Shown here piece by piece: positions 30,774 to 40,739 of a stretch of DNA of 64,000 nucleotides. The notes beneath the pieces were generated by a model. That model was not told the DNA's origin. It saw nothing but the letters and a program-made list of their open reading frames with translations, and ran no database searches. Each line of letters starts with the position of its first letter. Positions within the stretch are counted from its first letter, which is position 1. Source of the DNA: Oscillospiraceae bacterium. Lineage in GTDB: Bacteria > Bacillota > Clostridia > Oscillospirales > UBA929. A program made the position numbers and the translations under genes. The stretch is from assembly GCA_031265355.1 (NCBI GenBank), contig JAISCT010000011.1, positions 1 to 64,000 of the forward strand. Reading direction: 5' to 3'.

Positions 30774-32192
30774 TCACCGCACCATCCAGAGGGAGACCAG
30801 CGCAATGTTGTCGCGTATGTCCAGCGTGTCCTTCGTGATCACCGCGCCGGCACCGCCGCCGAAGTTTTTGAGAAATGCCCGGATGCCGGATAGGTCCTCG
30901 TCCGATATCTTACCGCGGAACTTGACCTCGACAGGCAGGACGGAGATTTTTTTGTCGAGAACGATGTCAACCTCTTTGTGACCGCCGGAGGCGCTCCAAT
31001 AGTTTACGGCATAAAGGTTTTCCTGCGCGCAGGCGAGCGCGGCAGTCACGGCACAGCCCTCCGCGATGTGGCCGGTCGCGCCGTCCTCCAGCATGGACGC
31101 TCGCAGCAGCGCGTTTCGCAGACCGCAGTCGGTGATATATAGCTTCTTGTTCTTGCGGATGACTTTTCCAATGTTGGTGGAATAATTGTCCAATATGCCG
31201 ACCATGAACGCGCTTTTCAGATAACTGAGGTAGTTGGACACCGTTTGAAAGTCGACGCCCAGGGTTTGCGCCAGCGTTGTATAGGCATGCGGTTGTCCGC
31301 TGTTTGCGGCGACAAAGTACAGAAGTTTTTCAAGAAGTTCCGGGTTTTTGACCGTATAGATGCCAACGATGTCCCTAAATAAGCCGCGAGCGATGATGTC
31401 CTCTGTGAGTTGTTTTTGCCAAAGCAAGATGCTGTCTGACGCAAAAAATTCCGGATATCCGCCAACGAGTAGGTATTCATTCAATACGCGACCGGCCGGT
31501 ATTCTGCATTCCTCAATCTCTGATTGTCGCTCCATGAGAATCCGCGCATATGCAAGGGGATCGTCAAAAAATGAAAACTCGGGAAGCAGCGCCTGCAAAC
31601 CGAGTACTCCGCCGTCTCCCCTATAGACGTCGCGAAAAGCGGCAAACTGATCAAAGCAGAGCGGTAATATGTTCACGGTGTCCATACGCCCCAACAGAGA
31701 TTCCCGCGCGCCATGGAACAGATGGGTTGACGAGGAACCGCTGACGATAAATTTGACTCGATATTTCCTGTCATAATACGATTTGAGCCACTGCTGCCAA
31801 TTGGAGATGAAGTGGATTTCGTCTATAATGACATAGATAGTCTCCGCCAAATCCTCCAAATTTTGTTGCAGGATGTCCGTTTCGTAAGCGGTCAAGATGT
31901 CGCCTATCGTGTTGGTCTCTGTAAAGAGGGCCGGCTCATCGCCGCTGAAGAACAGAACGTGGATGGGTTTTGTGCCCGCTTTGAGCAGATGGTCAATCGT
32001 TTGAAAGAGAAGTGTGGACTTCCCAACGCGCCGCGGACCCACCACGGCTAGGATCCGCCGTTTTTTCAGTTGTTTCGCGACGGTGTGAAACTCGCTTCTT
32101 ACGGTGCTGTAGATAAAATCCCGGTCCACAGCGCCGGACCGCCACCAGCGGTTGAGCCGCTGCAGCACCGAGGTCAGAGCATACATATACAT
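30774..32192 (-). CDS. AAA+ ATPase of the AAA_14 / DUF4143 family
   Basis: Walker A GPRRVGKST, Walker B VIIDEIH and a DUF4143-like C-terminal region. The track ORF starts at a TTG; the first ATG (MYMYALTS) is 14 codons downstream. The gene looks lower in GC than its neighbours. Confidence 0.65.
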   Translation of the reverse strand: MYMYALTSVLQRLNRWWRSGAVDRDFIYSTVRSEFHTVAKQLKKRRILAVVGPRRVGKSTLLFQTIDHLLKAGTKPIHVLFFSGDEPALFTETNTIGDILTAYETDILQQNLEDLAETIYVIIDEIHFISNWQQWLKSYYDRKYRVKFIVSGSSSTHLFHGARESLLGRMDTVNILPLCFDQFAAFRDVYRGDGGVLGLQALLPEFSFFDDPLAYARILMERQSEIEECRIPAGRVLNEYLLVGGYPEFFASDSILLWQKQLTEDIIARGLFRDIVGIYTVKNPELLEKLLYFVAANSGQPHAYTTLAQTLGVDFQTVSNYLSYLKSAFMVGILDNYSTNIGKVIRKNKKLYITDCGLRNALLRASMLEDGATGHIAEGCAVTAALACAQENLYAVNYWSASGGHKEVDIVLDKKISVLPVEVKFRGKISDEDLSGIRAFLKNFGGGAGAVITKDTLDIRDNIALVSLWMVR

Positions 32193-32246
32193 CACTCCGT
32201 ATTTCAGTATATGATATTTGTCGGTCTGAGTCAATAAAACCCCCGC

Positions 32247-33608
32247 TCACAGCGCCGCCTGCAGGGCTTCTTGGATGTGGCGTGCGCGGATGACCTCCAG
32301 GCCCTCTGGGGCCTGGAGTTTTTGCGTCCCTTGGCGGGGGATCAAACAGGTGGAAAAACCCAGCCGGGCCACTTCGGCCAACCGTTGGGTCAGCCCGGAT
32401 ACCGCGCGAAGCTCCCCGGCCAGCCCCACTTCGCCGATGGCGCAGAGCCGGCCGTGTACAGGCTTGTCCCGCGTGCTGGAGGCACAGGCCAGCAGGGTGG
32501 GAAGATCGGCGGCCGGTTCCCCACAGCTCAGACCCCCGACGACATTGATGTAGGCGTCGCAGTTGCCTGTGAAGAGGCCGGCCCGCTTTTCCAGCACAGC
32601 CAGCAGTAGCATGGCTCGATTGTAATCGATACCGCTCACCATGCGCCGGGGTACGCCGAAGCTGGTGGGTGTCACCAGCGCCTGCACCTCGGCCAGCACC
32701 GGACGCGTCCCTTCCAGCACGCAGGCCACACAGGAGCCGGAGACGCCGAGGGGCCGTCCCGCCAGCAGGAACTCGGAGGGGTTCGGCACCTCCTCCAGCC
32801 CCTCGCGGCCCATCTCGAAGAGACCGATCTCGTTTGTGGATCCGAAACGGTTCTTGGCGGCCCGCAGCACCCGATAGGTCAGCGAACGCTCCCCCTCAAA
32901 GTAGAGTACGCAATCTACCATGTGTTCCAGCACCCGAGGGCCCGCAATGGCGCCTTCTTTATTGAGATGCCCAATCACAAACACAGTGATCCCCCGGCCT
33001 TTGGCCAGTTCCATGAAGGCCAGCGTGCAGGTCTTGACCTGGCCCACATTGCCGGGCGCCGCGGAAAGATCTCCCGTGTGCATCGTCTGAATGGAATCCA
33101 CGATCAAGATGTCGGGCGCCAGCGCATCCACCGCGCCGAGCAGCGCGTCCAGCTCCGTCTCGGCCAACACAAAAAGACGTCCGTTGTCACAGACGCCCAG
33201 ACGGTCGGCCCGGAGCTTGATCTGGCTCGCCGACTCCTCCCCCGAGACATAGAGTACTTTGAAACTGCGCGACAGACAGTCACAGATCTGTAGCAGCAGC
33301 GTCGACTTTCCGACGCCCGGCTCGCCGCCCACCAGAACCAACGATCCCGCCACGGCGCCACCGCCGAGGACACGGTCGAGTTCCCCCAGCCCGGTGGAAA
33401 AACGCGCCTCCCCAACGAGTGACAACGCACCCAGCGGGTACGCGGCCGGCACACGTGTCGGCGTGCCGGCGCGCGCCGCTGTCGGCCGCGCCACTTCCTT
33501 CGGCTGTTCCGTCAGCGTGTTCCAGGCCCCGCAGGCGGGGCATTGTCCATTCCATTTAGAAAACTCATTGCCGCAGTCGGTGCAAAAAAATGCCGTCTTC
33601 GCCTTCAT
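32247..33608 (-). CDS. radA: DNA repair protein RadA (Sms)
   Basis: N-terminal zinc finger FFCTDCGNEFSKWNGQCPACGAWNT, Walker A GGEPGVGKSTLLLQ, a KNRFG motif and a Lon-like C-terminal domain. ATG at 33608 (MKAKTAFFC). Confidence 0.85.
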   Translation of the reverse strand: MKAKTAFFCTDCGNEFSKWNGQCPACGAWNTLTEQPKEVARPTAARAGTPTRVPAAYPLGALSLVGEARFSTGLGELDRVLGGGAVAGSLVLVGGEPGVGKSTLLLQICDCLSRSFKVLYVSGEESASQIKLRADRLGVCDNGRLFVLAETELDALLGAVDALAPDILIVDSIQTMHTGDLSAAPGNVGQVKTCTLAFMELAKGRGITVFVIGHLNKEGAIAGPRVLEHMVDCVLYFEGERSLTYRVLRAAKNRFGSTNEIGLFEMGREGLEEVPNPSEFLLAGRPLGVSGSCVACVLEGTRPVLAEVQALVTPTSFGVPRRMVSGIDYNRAMLLLAVLEKRAGLFTGNCDAYINVVGGLSCGEPAADLPTLLACASSTRDKPVHGRLCAIGEVGLAGELRAVSGLTQRLAEVARLGFSTCLIPRQGTQKLQAPEGLEVIRARHIQEALQAAL

Positions 33609-33634
33609 CCGCCCCGCCGTCTCCTCTAATTTTC

Positions 33635-33758
33635 CTATATTTACCAATAATGATATCTATTCACTCCATAGTCTCTCCATAGTCTCCGCTATGGTTTCCG
33701 GTTGCGTCTGGGCGGCGTCAATCGAGGAAGAACTGCCGGGCCTCATAGTCCACGGCGG
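33635..33758. repeat. Second copy of the ~115-bp repeat, spanning the genuine butyrate-kinase 3' end and the buk-radA intergenic region
   Basis: Hand alignment with 23610..23722. Confidence 0.75.
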
Positions 33759-35154
33759 CCTCCTGCCCACGCAGCACACGCAATACGCCGCTGGACAACG
33801 CCAGGGTCTCGTCCTCGCCGGGGAAGACATAGACGGGCGCCAGCTTGTCCACGCGTTGTTTGATGGCACCGGTGAAGCGATTGGAGTGCGCCAGCCCGCC
33901 GGTGAGGATGACAGCATCCACCACGGCCTCCAGTGCCATGGCCATGGCGCCGATCTCTTTGGAGACCTGGTAGGCCATCGAATCCATCACAAGCGCCGCG
34001 AATTCGTCGCCGTCATTGATCATTTTTTGGACTTTTTGTAGGTCATTTGTCCCGAGATAAGCGCGCATGCCACTATTTTTGATGACTTTGTCGACCATCT
34101 CCGTCTCTGTATACTCGCCGGAATAGCACAGACGGATCAGCGGCACGGCGGGGATATGTCCCGCCCGTTCAGGTGTGAAAGGTCCCTCGCCGGAGATGGC
34201 GTCGTTGACGTCGATCACGCGCCCATACCGGTGCGCGCCCACCGTGATGCCGCCCCCGAGGTGCGCCACCACGAAACGGCAATTTTCGTAAGGTTTTCCG
34301 AGCTGGCTCGCCAGCCGCCGGGCGATGGCTTTTTGGTTCAGCGCGTGAAAGATGCTGGCGCGCTCGATGCCCGGCATGCCGGTGAGCTTCGCATGGCGGT
34401 CCATCTCGTCCACAACAATGGGATCGACGACGTAGGCGGGGCGCCCGAGCGTCTCGGCGATCTCGCCGGCAATGACCGCGCCGAGGGCCGAGGCGTGCAC
34501 GGCCGCCGCCGCGTACTGTAGGTCGCGCAGCATGGCCGCACCAATCCGATAGACGCCGCTCTCGATGGGTTTCAGCAACCCGCCACGGCCCGCGACCGCG
34601 TCCACCGTGTGCAGGCCGACGCCGGCCTCCCGGAGTGCCCGCGTGACGCAGTCCTTCCGCAGGTCCTTCTGGTCGAGGATGGAACCGCACCGAGCCAACG
34701 CATCCCGATCGTGCCGGACAGTATGGATCAAGATGGGCGACTCGTCGTCATAGACGGCAAACTTTGTTGAAGTGGAGCCGGGGTTGACAGTGAGGATGCG
34801 AAACACGCCTTCCGGCTTGTCGGGCACGGCCGCAACGGGGACAACCTCCTCCGCCTCGTCGGCGGACGCCTTGATCTCCCGTCTGCGAACCACTTTGCGG
34901 CCGCCCAGCGTCATGCTCGCACTGAGGACGCAGTCCAAATTCAGCAGGTGCTCCATGACCTGCGCAAGTTTCGTGTGAGTGCCCTCGATCGAGATCTCCA
35001 TGTGCGAGATATTCAGCTGTTCCGTCTCGTCCACGAACAGACGCTTGATGTTCCAGCCCTCATGGCGGATATGCCCCGCCACCCGGTCCAAAACACCGGG
35101 CACGTTGAGCACCGACAGCTCCACCTCTTCGATCTCACGCCGCATCCTATGCAC
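33718..35154 (-). CDS. buk: Butyrate (short/branched-chain fatty acid) kinase with an N-terminal ACT domain
   Basis: ACT-like N-term EVELSVLNVPGVLDRVAGHI, then the butyrate-kinase block ILTVNPGSTSTKFAVYDDE followed by an acetate/butyrate kinase fold. Confidence 0.7.
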   Translation of the reverse strand: MHRMRREIEEVELSVLNVPGVLDRVAGHIRHEGWNIKRLFVDETEQLNISHMEISIEGTHTKLAQVMEHLLNLDCVLSASMTLGGRKVVRRREIKASADEAEEVVPVAAVPDKPEGVFRILTVNPGSTSTKFAVYDDESPILIHTVRHDRDALARCGSILDQKDLRKDCVTRALREAGVGLHTVDAVAGRGGLLKPIESGVYRIGAAMLRDLQYAAAAVHASALGAVIAGEIAETLGRPAYVVDPIVVDEMDRHAKLTGMPGIERASIFHALNQKAIARRLASQLGKPYENCRFVVAHLGGGITVGAHRYGRVIDVNDAISGEGPFTPERAGHIPAVPLIRLCYSGEYTETEMVDKVIKNSGMRAYLGTNDLQKVQKMINDGDEFAALVMDSMAYQVSKEIGAMAMALEAVVDAVILTGGLAHSNRFTGAIKQRVDKLAPVYVFPGEDETLALSSGVLRVLRGQEAAVDYEARQFFLD

Positions 35155-35208
35155 CTCCCGTATATTCGGGCGTTTGTGTATCCAGTATAGTATCCCGAAA
35201 CGGGAAAG

Positions 35209-36342
35209 TCAAGGCGAGGGAGGCTGTGAATCCGCCTCGAATGCGTCAACGCCATACTGGTGCTTACCTTCAAAAGCATACTCCTTGATTTCGCGGATGG
35301 CTGCGTTCATCTCATCCAGAGTCATACCAGCAACTGGTGCGAACACGTTGTGCTCTCCGTCAGCAGGCGTGATTTTGCCGTCTGCGCCGACTTTCGCCGT
35401 GAAGTTTGGAGCGTCTTCCTCATACCAAGAGCCGTTTGGCTCTATAAACGCAATTGTCGCGCCCGCCGTGTCAATATAGTACCCCTGCAAAATATACTCA
35501 GCGAAGCGGGATACCAATATCGGGTGTTTGTAGAGGTAGGTGACGTCCTTGTACAGATACGCCGTTTCAATGCCGTCATACTTGTTCAGCGCCGGGGACA
35601 GGGAGTGAGAGTGAAGCAGTCCCTTGTCGTCAACCTCAAAGAGACAGTCCAAGTCGCCGTAGACGTTCCAGTTTTCGGCACTCTCAAACTTAACGAGCGG
35701 AAGAACGTACACGCCGCCCACACGGAGCAGGTTGGTTTGTTCATCGTTGGTACAACCGCCGTAAAGTTGCTGCTCAATCGTAAAGGTTTCGCTTGGACTG
35801 TCGCCAAACATAAACTCGACAGATGGCAGAGAGCAAGTCGCGATTTGCCCGTCTTTTGTTGCCTTTACGCTGTCCGCACGGACAACCGCGAACGCCGCCA
35901 TTGTGTCTTGCGAATCATTGTGAAAGAAGGCCCGCATTAGATAGCGCAATTCGTTTGTCACAAGGCGATCTGCCGCTACGCCGCCGCCTTCGTCCCAAGT
36001 GTAATCGCCTGTGGGCAGCCCCTTAATGCTGTCGATGGTAACGTAATTGGGGGCGCCCTCCAACGCGCCGCCGATAATCTCGCCGCTGTCTGCGCCGCCT
36101 GTATTCGTGCCGCCAGCGACATACCCAGGCGTGCCGCTCTCGCCGCTATTTTGCGGAAACACCACGCCGCGCAAAGCGAACGCGCTCACGGCAAGTGCCA
36201 GACACGCCGCCGCGGGCATAGCCCATTTTGGCCACGGCGCGAATGTCATGACGCGCGCCGATTGTCCTTTGGCGGCGTCAGCGTCCTCAATGTATTTGTC
36301 GTCAATGCCGCCGATGGCGTTATATAAGTCTCCGCTGTTCAT
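35209..36342 (-). CDS. Single-pass membrane protein, a probable anti-sigma factor partner of the upstream ECF sigma factor
   Basis: 4-nt start overlap with the sigma gene. N-terminal cytoplasmic segment, then a TM, then a large extracytoplasmic domain. Confidence 0.5.
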   Translation of the reverse strand: MNSGDLYNAIGGIDDKYIEDADAAKGQSARVMTFAPWPKWAMPAAACLALAVSAFALRGVVFPQNSGESGTPGYVAGGTNTGGADSGEIIGGALEGAPNYVTIDSIKGLPTGDYTWDEGGGVAADRLVTNELRYLMRAFFHNDSQDTMAAFAVVRADSVKATKDGQIATCSLPSVEFMFGDSPSETFTIEQQLYGGCTNDEQTNLLRVGGVYVLPLVKFESAENWNVYGDLDCLFEVDDKGLLHSHSLSPALNKYDGIETAYLYKDVTYLYKHPILVSRFAEYILQGYYIDTAGATIAFIEPNGSWYEEDAPNFTAKVGADGKITPADGEHNVFAPVAGMTLDEMNAAIREIKEYAFEGKHQYGVDAFEADSQPPSP

Positions 36343-36911
36343 ACGATAATGCCCTCGCTTTCCAGGTGAATTTTCAGGTTCTTCCGCATCCGAAAGAGTA
36401 TTGATTTGGCTTTGCTTACAGACGTTCCAAAGTCGGCGGCGATTTCCGCCAGGCTGTCTGTATGCCAGTAACGGCGCACAAACAGCCGTCTGTTCACGTC
36501 AGACTGCGCAGCAAGAAAGCGATTGAGAACCTCGGTCATGCTTTCCACTTCAATCTGCCGCTCCACGCTCGAACCGTCGTCAGACAGCACTTCTTCCAGT
36601 TCCGACAGCACAACGTCAAACTGGCCGCCGCCGCGCTTCTCCGCTTGACGCTTTTCCCAAACGTGCAGAGCCAGATTACGCGTTATCTTGCCAAGAAATG
36701 CCGACAGCTTATTGGGGCGTTCGGGAGGGATGGCATTCCAAGCGCGGGCGTAGGTATCGTTGACGCACTCGTCCGCGTCCTCGTTGTTCGCGAGGATGTT
36801 CATCGCAATTTTGTGGCAGTACCTGCCGTAGACCGCCGCCGTTTCGCCAATCGCCGTCTCCGACCGCTCCCAATACAGAGCTATGATCTGCTCATCGCTC
36901 ACGCTGCTCAT
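36339..36911 (-). CDS. ECF-type RNA polymerase sigma-70 family factor
   Basis: Sigma-70 region-2-like and region-4-like segments (…DDADECVNDTYARAW and …SLAEIAADFGTSVSKAKSILFRMRKNL). Confidence 0.7.
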   Translation of the reverse strand: MSSVSDEQIIALYWERSETAIGETAAVYGRYCHKIAMNILANNEDADECVNDTYARAWNAIPPERPNKLSAFLGKITRNLALHVWEKRQAEKRGGGQFDVVLSELEEVLSDDGSSVERQIEVESMTEVLNRFLAAQSDVNRRLFVRRYWHTDSLAEIAADFGTSVSKAKSILFRMRKNLKIHLESEGIIV

Positions 36912-37005
36912 CCTTCCCGCCCGCCATTGAAAGACCTTTCACCCATATAGACCGAAAAATTCACCGCAGGTTGCGCGGGTGTTGAAAATAATTTTATAAA
37001 TGCGA

Positions 37006-37662
37006 TTACGACGTCTTCACCATCACGGGGGTGAAGTTGTCCGCGACGGCGATGTAATAGCGTTTCAGCAGATCGACAAAGAAGGCGGAGCGGGCGATGT
37101 CTTCACCGAGAAAGTGGAGCTGCTGCTGCAAATAGTAGTGCAGACACGCCTCTGTGGGGATCGCCTGCTCGGGGGGGCAGCCGGTCACGTAGCCGACGAT
37201 TGCCGGTTTGATGGCCGCGATGGAGGTGCAGGCCAAGATCACGTAGGCGTCTGGGGACGTCCCTTTGGCCAGTGCGTACTTCATCAGGACCTCGGCGATG
37301 ATGCCCTCGATGCGCGTGCGGACCGCCGACTCTCCGGAGATCTCGCAATAAAAGCGGCCGTAGGGCCTGCTCTTTAGGCAGAGATAGAGCTCCAGCGCGC
37401 TGGAAAACAGAAACATGTCCGCCGTGTCCGGCCGCAGGTCGGAGACGTCGATGAGGCTGTCGAAACCGTCGCGCACTTTGCGGTAGACGATCTGTGCCAT
37501 CTCGGCCTTGCTGTTGAAATAGTATTTCATGAGACCCAGGTTGGTGTTGGCCCGTTCGAAGATTTGGCGGACCGTCGTCGCCTGATAGCCGACCTCATAG
37601 AAGAGCTCGGTGGCGGCGCAGATGATGCTGCCTCGGGTCTCGACGCCCTTGCTGTATCGCAC
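37006..37662 (-). CDS. TetR-family transcriptional regulator
   Basis: HTH GYQATTVRQIFERANTNLGLMKYYF. GTG start at 37662 with an AAGGAG RBS. The track ORF extends further upstream through a GC-rich non-coding-looking region. Confidence 0.65.
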   Translation of the reverse strand: MRYSKGVETRGSIICAATELFYEVGYQATTVRQIFERANTNLGLMKYYFNSKAEMAQIVYRKVRDGFDSLIDVSDLRPDTADMFLFSSALELYLCLKSRPYGRFYCEISGESAVRTRIEGIIAEVLMKYALAKGTSPDAYVILACTSIAAIKPAIVGYVTGCPPEQAIPTEACLHYYLQQQLHFLGEDIARSAFFVDLLKRYYIAVADNFTPVMVKTS

Positions 37663-37756
37663 CGGATCACTCCTTGTTGAAGCGTGCGCGGCGCCTTCGC
37701 GCGCACTGTGTGAAAGATTGCACTTGCCGCCGCGCGGGCAGGCGGGCGGTGGGTCG

Positions 37757-38770
37757 TCAAAACGTCCCGTCCACGACGCTGACAGGCCGGTCCGCGAGAT
37801 AGGCCTTGAAGTTGTCGATCGCCAGTGAGACCTGACGCATCCGCGAGGTCTTTGGCAGCCAGGCAATGTGCCCGGTGACGAGGACATTGGGGAAGGTCAG
37901 CAGCTCGTTTGGCCCGGCGGGCGGTTCCTCGCAGAGCACATCCAGCCCCGCGCCCCCCACCTTGCCGCTCTTCAGGGCCTCAATGAGATCCGGCTCGCAG
38001 ATCAGTTGTCCGCGGGCGGTGTTCAACAGCAGTACGCCGTCGCGCATTGCGGCAAAGGCCGCCCGGTTCAACATACCGCGGGTCTGCGCTGTCAGCGGGA
38101 CGTGGACGGAGAGAACGTCCACCCGCGCGTACAGTTCCGCGAGCGACACTTGCTCGATATCCTGAAACACGGATCCCTCCTGTACGTAGAGGGAGTGGGA
38201 AATTACTCTCATGCCGAAGCCCTGCGCAATGCGCGCGGCGCATAGGCCGATCTTGCCCAGACCGAGGATGCCGAAGGTCTTGCCGTGCAGTTCGATCCGC
38301 GGGGTCAGCGAGTACATGTATTTCGGCGCGTCCGGTTCCCACCAGCGTGTGTTTTTCACATAGTCGCTGTGCAGTTCCACACGGTGACAGAGAGCAAGCA
38401 GCAGCGCAAAGGCATATTCGGCGATTGTTGTGTCGCCGTAGGCGGTGTTTGTGATCGTGACGCCGCGCCGGCGCGCCATCTCAAAGTCGATCTCGCCGTA
38501 CCCATGCGCCAGCGTGGCGACGTAGCGGAGCTTCGGATGGCGCGCGAAAAAGTCTTCGTTCAAATACTCCGCTTGGATCCACACGCCGAAGAGCGCCTCC
38601 GTGTCCGCCGGAACACGCTCGCTCATCTCCCGCCCGGTGGGACGGCGGTCGTAGGGGAGAAACGAAAATTCCACGCCGTCAATCGCAGAGAGTTTTTGCC
38701 ACTCAACTGTTAGTTCCTCCGGTGTGATGTCGACGCTGGTAGATTTTGACAACAAAATCACAGCTTTCAC
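37757..38770 (-). CDS. D-isomer-specific 2-hydroxyacid dehydrogenase (NAD-binding)
   Basis: Rossmann motif GILGLGKIGLCAARIA, with catalytic-region R, E and H in the VTGHIAW context. Probable GTG start with an AGGAG RBS. Confidence 0.7.
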   Translation of the reverse strand: MKAVILLSKSTSVDITPEELTVEWQKLSAIDGVEFSFLPYDRRPTGREMSERVPADTEALFGVWIQAEYLNEDFFARHPKLRYVATLAHGYGEIDFEMARRRGVTITNTAYGDTTIAEYAFALLLALCHRVELHSDYVKNTRWWEPDAPKYMYSLTPRIELHGKTFGILGLGKIGLCAARIAQGFGMRVISHSLYVQEGSVFQDIEQVSLAELYARVDVLSVHVPLTAQTRGMLNRAAFAAMRDGVLLLNTARGQLICEPDLIEALKSGKVGGAGLDVLCEEPPAGPNELLTFPNVLVTGHIAWLPKTSRMRQVSLAIDNFKAYLADRPVSVVDGTF

Positions 38771-39155
38771 ACGCCTCACTCCTTTTTCTATTTTCTATGT
38801 TCTCTATTTTTTCATCATATTCATCATAGACTTCCAGAGGAAATTTGTCAATAAAATTATACATGTATAAAAATAAATGTGCTCCTAAGGAAGAAAAAAT
38901 GAAATATAAAATTGAAAATCATGCATAAATTATCATATAAGTTGAAAAAATCGGAAATAAATGCCCTTAAAATGAAATTTTCTGTGTGAGTAATTTTATT
39001 TTTAAAAAATATCTTGACAAATAAAATTATATGTGTTTAACTTATAAGTGTTTTCAAAGACGAGGACCGGCCTGGGAAGAGGCCCTGTGCCCCCGTGGAA
39101 ACGTGGACCCGGTGTCTCCCGCATCGAGGGGCCGGCCGCGGGGAGGGGGAGGTCC

Positions 39156-40592
39156 ATGACATCGGAAGAGAGAACACGGCGGTTGGGCAGCGCACGCCTC
39201 ATTCCCCTGATCCTGGCGATGTCCGCGCCGGCCATCTGCGGCAACCTAAGCAACGCGCTCTACAGCATCATCTCCCGCGCGTTTTTGGGAAAATTTGTAA
39301 GCCGTGCCGCATTGGGGGCCATCGGGCTGATCTTTCCGCTCAACAATCTGATAGCGGCGCTCTCCGTCATGGTCACGATCGGCGGCGCCGCGCTGATCTC
39401 CCTCTCGCTGGGGGCGGGGGACCGCAAGCGGGCCGACGCCGCCTTTACCAATATTTTGACCTTCTCCGCCGCCGCCTCGGCCGCAATTTCGCTCATATAT
39501 TTTCTGTTTGCCGAGCAGCTTGTGCATCTCTGCGGGGCGGACGAGACCAGCGCCCTGTTCGTGCCGGCGGTGCAGTACCTTCGGATCTCCGCGTTCGGAC
39601 ATATCTTTCAAGTGGTGAACCAGACCGCGGCCTCCGCCATCCGGGCGGAGGGGAATACGCTCTACTCCATGGTCGTCTCCGTGCTGGGGAACTTTGTCAA
39701 TGTGGGGCTCGGTGCGCTGTTCATTGTCCTTTTCGGGTGGGGTGTGCGGGGTGCGGCCCTCGCGACGCTGTTCTCACAGTGTATCGGCGCCGTGTGCAGC
39801 CTCTCCTATTTTGTCCGCAAAAAGAGCGTCGTGCGCTGGTGCGGCCTGCAGGCGCTGGCGTGGCGGCCAGTTGGGCGGGTGCTCTCGATGGGGCTTGCGC
39901 CAGCCATCTTCCAGGGGCTCAGCTTCTTCACAAACCTGCTCATCAACAACGCGCTGATGCGTCACGCCCCGGCGGTGCTGGGCGCTGGAGGCGGCGATTT
40001 GGCCATTGCCGCGGTGTCCGTCATCGCCACGGCGGAAAACGTCGCGCTGATGATCATCATGGGGATGAACAACGGTATCTCCTCCATCATCGGTTATAAC
40101 TACGGGGCGAAAAATTATCCCAGGGTGCGCAGGACATCCCTTGTGGGTCAGGCGCTGGCCAGCGCGGCCGCGGCGGCGGTTTGGGCGCTGATGATGTTCG
40201 CGCCCTCGCTGCTGTTTTCTCTGTTTAGCAGCAGCGGCGACGTCGCCATTTTGGCTTACGGCGCGATGGCTGTTCGCAAGAGTAAGCTGTTTATGCTGTT
40301 TGTAGGATTTCAAACCCTTTCCTCCATGTACTATTCGGCCATTGGAAAGCCCCGTGTCGCCACTTTCATCTCCATCTGCCGCAACGGGCTGTTTCTCATC
40401 CCCGCGCTGTTGGTGCTCCCCCAGTTCTTTGGGCTGGACGGCGTCCTCTACAGCACGGCGGTGTCGGACGTGTGCTCTGTGGCGGTGGTGGGTGTCATCT
40501 ACCTGGCGGGCATGCGGGACCTGCGCCGAAAGGCGCGCGGGCTGCCGGAGGATTCGCAGGCGCCCGCCGCCGCCAAGCAGATGGGCATGTGA
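39156..40592 (+). CDS. MATE-family multidrug/oligosaccharidyl-lipid/polysaccharide (MOP) efflux transporter
   Basis: 12-TM MATE-like sequence. ATG at 39156 with a GGGGGAGG RBS. The track ORF starts 36 codons earlier in a GC-rich leader. Confidence 0.75.
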   Translation: MTSEERTRRLGSARLIPLILAMSAPAICGNLSNALYSIISRAFLGKFVSRAALGAIGLIFPLNNLIAALSVMVTIGGAALISLSLGAGDRKRADAAFTNILTFSAAASAAISLIYFLFAEQLVHLCGADETSALFVPAVQYLRISAFGHIFQVVNQTAASAIRAEGNTLYSMVVSVLGNFVNVGLGALFIVLFGWGVRGAALATLFSQCIGAVCSLSYFVRKKSVVRWCGLQALAWRPVGRVLSMGLAPAIFQGLSFFTNLLINNALMRHAPAVLGAGGGDLAIAAVSVIATAENVALMIIMGMNNGISSIIGYNYGAKNYPRVRRTSLVGQALASAAAAAVWALMMFAPSLLFSLFSSSGDVAILAYGAMAVRKSKLFMLFVGFQTLSSMYYSAIGKPRVATFISICRNGLFLIPALLVLPQFFGLDGVLYSTAVSDVCSVAVVGVIYLAGMRDLRRKARGLPEDSQAPAAAKQMGM

Positions 40593-40673
40593 GGCCCTGC
40601 GGCGCAAAACCGAGGAAAGACCACGGCGCGCGGCGCCAGGCATATCGAGAATATTGACGTCAGCAATGGAGCT

Positions 40674-40699
40674 GAAGCGCTTGCGCTTCGGCTTTTTTT
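40674..40699 (+). terminator. Intrinsic terminator GAAGCGC-tt-GCGCTTC followed by GGCTTTTTTT
   Basis: Short perfect hairpin plus T-tract after the MATE gene. Confidence 0.6.
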
Positions 40700-40739
40700 G
40701 TTAGAGACGCCCTTTTGAGGCAGGAACGGGGGGACGGCG

